Source: Klebsormidium nitens (lineage: Eukaryota > Plantae > Klebsormidiophyceae). From it: a stretch of 64,000 nucleotides of DNA. The stretch's first letter is position 1. Every line of letters begins with the position of its first letter. Positions 60,093 through 64,000 of the stretch are shown in pieces. The notes beneath the pieces are model-generated. The model had not been told where the DNA came from and searched no databases. It saw only the letters and a list, made by a program, of their open reading frames with translations. Position numbers and translations under genes: made by a program. The DNA lies in assembly GCA_000708835.1 (NCBI GenBank), contig DF237175.1:1-64000 (forward strand), in the 5' to 3' direction.

Positions 60093-63071
60093 ATGACGGA
60101 GTTATCAGAAGCTGAGCTGCAAAACCTGTATACTTGGGTGAGGGTCCGCTCAAAAAGTTGTCTGCTGGCACTGCATTCAATGCATTTAGTACATCTAGTA
60201 CATTCTGAACCAACACGGCTCCACAACGGCTGATTTTTGTGTAGTACAACCAGCTTTGCACCTTGTGCATGCGAGAAAGCTGGCAATGAAAACCACGGGC
60301 AGAGAATTTTCCTGGGAGTCTTTCTTAAACTTACCGGTGAAATGAGAATCTCGCAAAAAGCACGTTAAGCAACAATCTAATGTCCATACACACTTTTAAG
60401 CTGGAGCTAGACAGCTTTGGACTAATTGACGAGGGCCCTTTATACGATTCCTGCAGGTCGACGAGATACCGCTGTCAAGACCGAAACGAAACATTGCCCG
60501 AGACTTTAGTGATGGAGGTAAAACAAAGACGTCCCTACCAACTTGTTTGGGCCAGGCTCAAGAAACGTATAAGTTGAAGAAATCCGGTTCGGGCTACCAC
60601 ACAATACAACGATGGCTGAGTAGCCACAAGAATTTTTGGCTGCGTTTGGAGCTGCTGTTTCGGAAAAGAACACCATTCTACTTTTCCTGCAACTGGCTAA
60701 AAGGTGTAGAGGACAGGAGGAACTGTTGATTGCAGCTTAGGCAGTGAGGCAGTCTGCGAGCTCCACTAAAAGTAAACCTTTTACCTGCATTTGCAGTCCT
60801 GGCGGCCGAGATCGTGGCTCACTATTTTCCAAAAACGGTGGAGACGCATAATTACAGCCAAGCAAACGGGTTTGCTCAGAAGATGTACAATTGGAATACG
60901 CTTAACTGTAAGTGCCCCAAACCCTTGCGACTACCATACAGTTTACATCGGTCGGAGGAAAGGAGTCGCAGCTTCACAAGCAATTGAGAAGAAAACCCAA
61001 CCTTCTTCCTGAAACAGTAGGGAAGTAGATGACGTTCATGAATAGCTAGGCCGGGTGCCTCGTCGGTTTCCAATCTTTGGAATTCGAGCGTGCGCAAGAA
61101 TGACGACAGCATCTATTACCACTGCTTATCAATAGCATCAGCGTTGTCCCTTTTTGGGGGACCCTTTGCTTCGATTCTTCTCATTTCCATCCAGGAATAT
61201 AAAATTGGGATCCGCAGGGTGTCAGCAGGTTGCCTACAAAGTCAGCGAACTCTCTTTCAGCAACCACTTCGATCAGGATAGATTAATCAAGGACTTGAGC
61301 CAGGGCTATCTTGACGTCGGACGCCTGGTCTTGCTGCAGTGAAAGTCTTCAAGAAGCTGCAGTTCAGTGTGACTCGAGAGGAGATTGAGGCTATCAGCAA
61401 CTGCGTACCAGGGGCAATCGAAAAACTGCTGAAGCAGTTGAAAGTAAAGGTGAGGGGCAGGAGCTTTCCTTCGTTGGTCGTCTCAGAAGTGCTCTTCAGG
61501 AACTACAGGGCGTTGGTTTCGACATCGAAAAGACTGCTGCTTCGCTTCTGTCAGCGGACTTTATATTGACCGCTGTCAGTCTCCAAATTTGATTTTGGGA
61601 AAGCACACAAGGGCCGTCAGCAGAATTTCACAGGACATTCTCGAATCAGAGATAAAGGTCATGACTTCTCCTCATCGTTTCTCAGCAATTCATTTACTCT
61701 GAGATGCTACTCGACGAGAAGCTCGATCGATCTTCACCAAAGTGTCTCTAAAATGATAGATCTCCGATATTTCTTTATCAGATTGCGAAGTACAAACCGG
61801 GCAGAAGGCCTTCATCTTCCGAGGGACCGGCTCCAGGTGAGAGTCGAATCCTGCTTCGTGCCGCTGCTCTGCCCATCTTGAACCCCTGCAATATGGCCCG
61901 TATAAGAGACACCAAGTTGCTACCAATTGGCTGATGAGCCTCTCTTCTGAACCGAAGAACCGCCTTGTGTCCGGTTTCGGTAGTGGCACTGTCCGTGGTC
62001 GAAGGTCGAAGAAAGAGCTCTTCATTGGCGATGTCATCATCCAGCCCAAGCGGCAAACCAACGAAGAGCCGGACCGAAACGTGGATCACCGTTCTTTGCC
62101 GAGGCACGTGCAATCATGGAGTAATATCCTGATCCAGCTTTTGGTACCCTTGAATCTTGTGACGTATATCGTATCAGGTTGAAATGATCTCGCTAAGACT
62201 CTCGTGAATCCAGGTACGGAAGGAATGGCCTCACAGTCTGGTCATCAGCGGAGGGGAGACTCCCTGTCACCAAACAGCAAGGCGCTGAGCTACGGGGGAG
62301 CGAACGGGACCGCCACAGATCCCACTAGGTAGCTTCCCTGGCGTTTCGTGACTCCCTTCTGCCTTTTTTGTTCTTCGCTTTCCTTTTTCCCTCCTTCCTT
62401 TGTCTTGAATGCACCTGTACTAGGATGCGGGGGACTTACTACAAGGGTACGAGCCAGCTTGTTGCGGAAATCATATTAATATGGTTAAGTACTATCTTTC
62501 AGCTTCGATAACAAAAAACCGTCCTGTAAAGTTTCCCTGCTCCTTCTGAACGATCGACCGGGAGCTGCGGTTGTTTGGATCTACTTGAGCGCATCCTTTC
62601 CGACAATTATTAAAGAGGCTGCAAAGTCTATCATCGTCCTCTAGATCAATCTCGACATCCGGGGCAAGTAGAAACGCGTCCATATCAAGATCAAAGACAT
62701 GACTCACCAATCTCCGGGCTCATGATTCTGGGTGGTCCTCGTCATTACCTCTTGACGAGGCGATCGTGAAGTGCCCGCTTCCTCTTAGCACCAGGTATTG
62801 CTTCTAGAATCAGGCGCTTCTTAAGAGTAGAGAAGTGTTCAATTTGTTGTAACATCTCATGTTCGAGATCCTCTCAAAGAAGTCTTTTGGGTATCGCAGG
62901 AGGTTCCAAGATCTGGAAGCCGTTGCGGAGAAGGACGCCAAGATTTTAGAATTGCGGGAGACAAACGAGCTTCTCGATTCGAAAGTGAAAAAGCTCGAGC
63001 AATTGGTTAGGTTAAAGGAGTCAAAGATCCAGGCGTTGACCGCAAAACTGCAGCAAGCAGGCCTTGCGTAG
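60093..63071 (+). CDS. SPEF1: Sperm flagellar protein 1 (SPEF1/CLAMP-like): N-terminal CH domain and C-terminal coiled coil
   Basis: Exons 60093-60137, 60457-60517, 60797-60908, 61339-61449 and 61784-61838 encode ELQNLYTW-VDEIPLSRPKRNIARDFSDG-VLAAEIVAHYFPKTVETHNY...QKMYNWNTLN-KVFKKL...IAKYK. The last exon encodes EKDAKILELRETNELLDSKVKKLEQLVRLKESKIQAL. Middle exons between 61840 and 62900 were not resolved. Confidence 0.88.
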
Positions 63072-64000
63072 CCATCAGTGCAGTACTACTGAGTCTCGTC
63101 TTACATAGCAGCCGGTGGATAGTTGTCGAGCATGGATGATACCATATAAGAAAATGATGCAGGGATGAACAATAAGGAGACGATGCAGGCCTCCTTTTCA
63201 TATTCTGGGCCTTGCTAGAGTGGCCAGGCCGTGACCACGTCCAAATGCTGGGAGCCTGAAGTCTGCCCATTACCAGACTCTGGAAGTAGGGAGTTTTCAT
63301 TTCTTAGGCATGTGAAACTGCGCCGAATTGAAACCGCAGCTAGGTGGAAAGGTGCAACCGGGAGTACAACACAGCTGGAAGATAAAAGGCACGGATGGCG
63401 CCAGCTGCCGGTTTATATCTGAAGCAATGGACAGTGAGTTTGCGAGCGGGCCTAAGTTGGAGTTGGAATAGAGCCATATCGCGACAGAAGCTCACCGTCA
63501 TGCCAGGTGCAGCACACTTACTGCGCACGGCAAGTAATTTTGTTGCACAGGCTCTGTGACTCTCTGACTTAGTACGACTGTGGTGAGCTCGCTTGTGCCT
63601 GGCAGGCGATCATGTGCAGTACGTCATCTTCTAATCAAAGCAACGTATACATCTCATGCAAAGCTTCACGGCCACGGTCCGTACGCGTGATCGTGACAAG
63701 GTAAATCTAGATTGCAAGATGATCATTAACTCTAGCTAGTGACTGCAGATGATCGTATATACCTACTTGCTGGCGCCCCATGGTACTAATCCAGTACGTC
63801 TGCATATTGGTATTGATCGAGTGCGCGTTCGTCATACAGGTTATCGTATGTGCATGCGCCCTCATGCAACCTGTGTTATCATATAGCCTTGTGCCTCAAG
63901 ATGCTTAACTTTAACTGTTTTGTTCGTATATAAAGCTGCATATAGAAGCCGGCGGCGTGATCCCGGACCGGCTGCCAACATGCGATATAGCGAAACGGCA

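Noticed and set aside
22255-63071. HAP2 and flagellar SPEF1 in the same window as a possible mating or gamete cluster
   Set aside because: They are ~29 kb apart and separated by housekeeping genes, with no sign of a mating-type locus.
1-64000. tRNA, rRNA, snRNA, snoRNA or CRISPR features
   Set aside because: No cloverleaf, rRNA signature, complete box C/D pair or repeat-spacer array was recognised by eye; a tRNAscan/Infernal run would be needed to exclude them.

Overview
Eukaryotic nuclear DNA, gene-dense and intron-rich, about 52% GC by eye. It is probably from a streptophyte alga such as Klebsormidium. That is an inference from the mix of land-plant-type PHT2;1, RH50 and PM-ANT1 homologues with flagellar SPEF1 and a Chlamydomonas-like HAP2. 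Spliced gene models were built by hand from splice signals, reading-frame phase and protein motifs. In order they are: a PAM2-motif protein (-), an unknown low-complexity protein (-), a PM-ANT1-like adenine nucleotide carrier (+), an intronless F-box/LRR pseudogene (-), the gamete fusogen HAP2/GCS1 (-), a possible small two-exon ORF (-), a cytochrome b561 (+), plastid DEAD-box helicase RH50 (-), phosphate transporter PHT2;1 (-) and SPEF1 (+). The most notable unexplained structures are five. (1) Degenerate 158-190 bp tandem duplications straddle splice junctions in RH50 and HAP2; one triplicates the RH50 DEVD-exon acceptor in frame. (2) Two unrelated MITEs each have a 6-bp target-site duplication. 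(3) HAP2 carries a ~170-aa Pro/Ala/Gly insert in its ectodomain, a long Gly/Phe/Gln cytoplasmic tail and an extra C-terminal module. (4) There are 4-5 GC-AG introns. (5) The carrier has RHRLMM in place of RRRMMM. No rRNA, tRNA or CRISPR array was seen. Exon coordinates were counted by hand and may be off by a few bases. Family assignments rest on remembered reference motifs, not on database searches.
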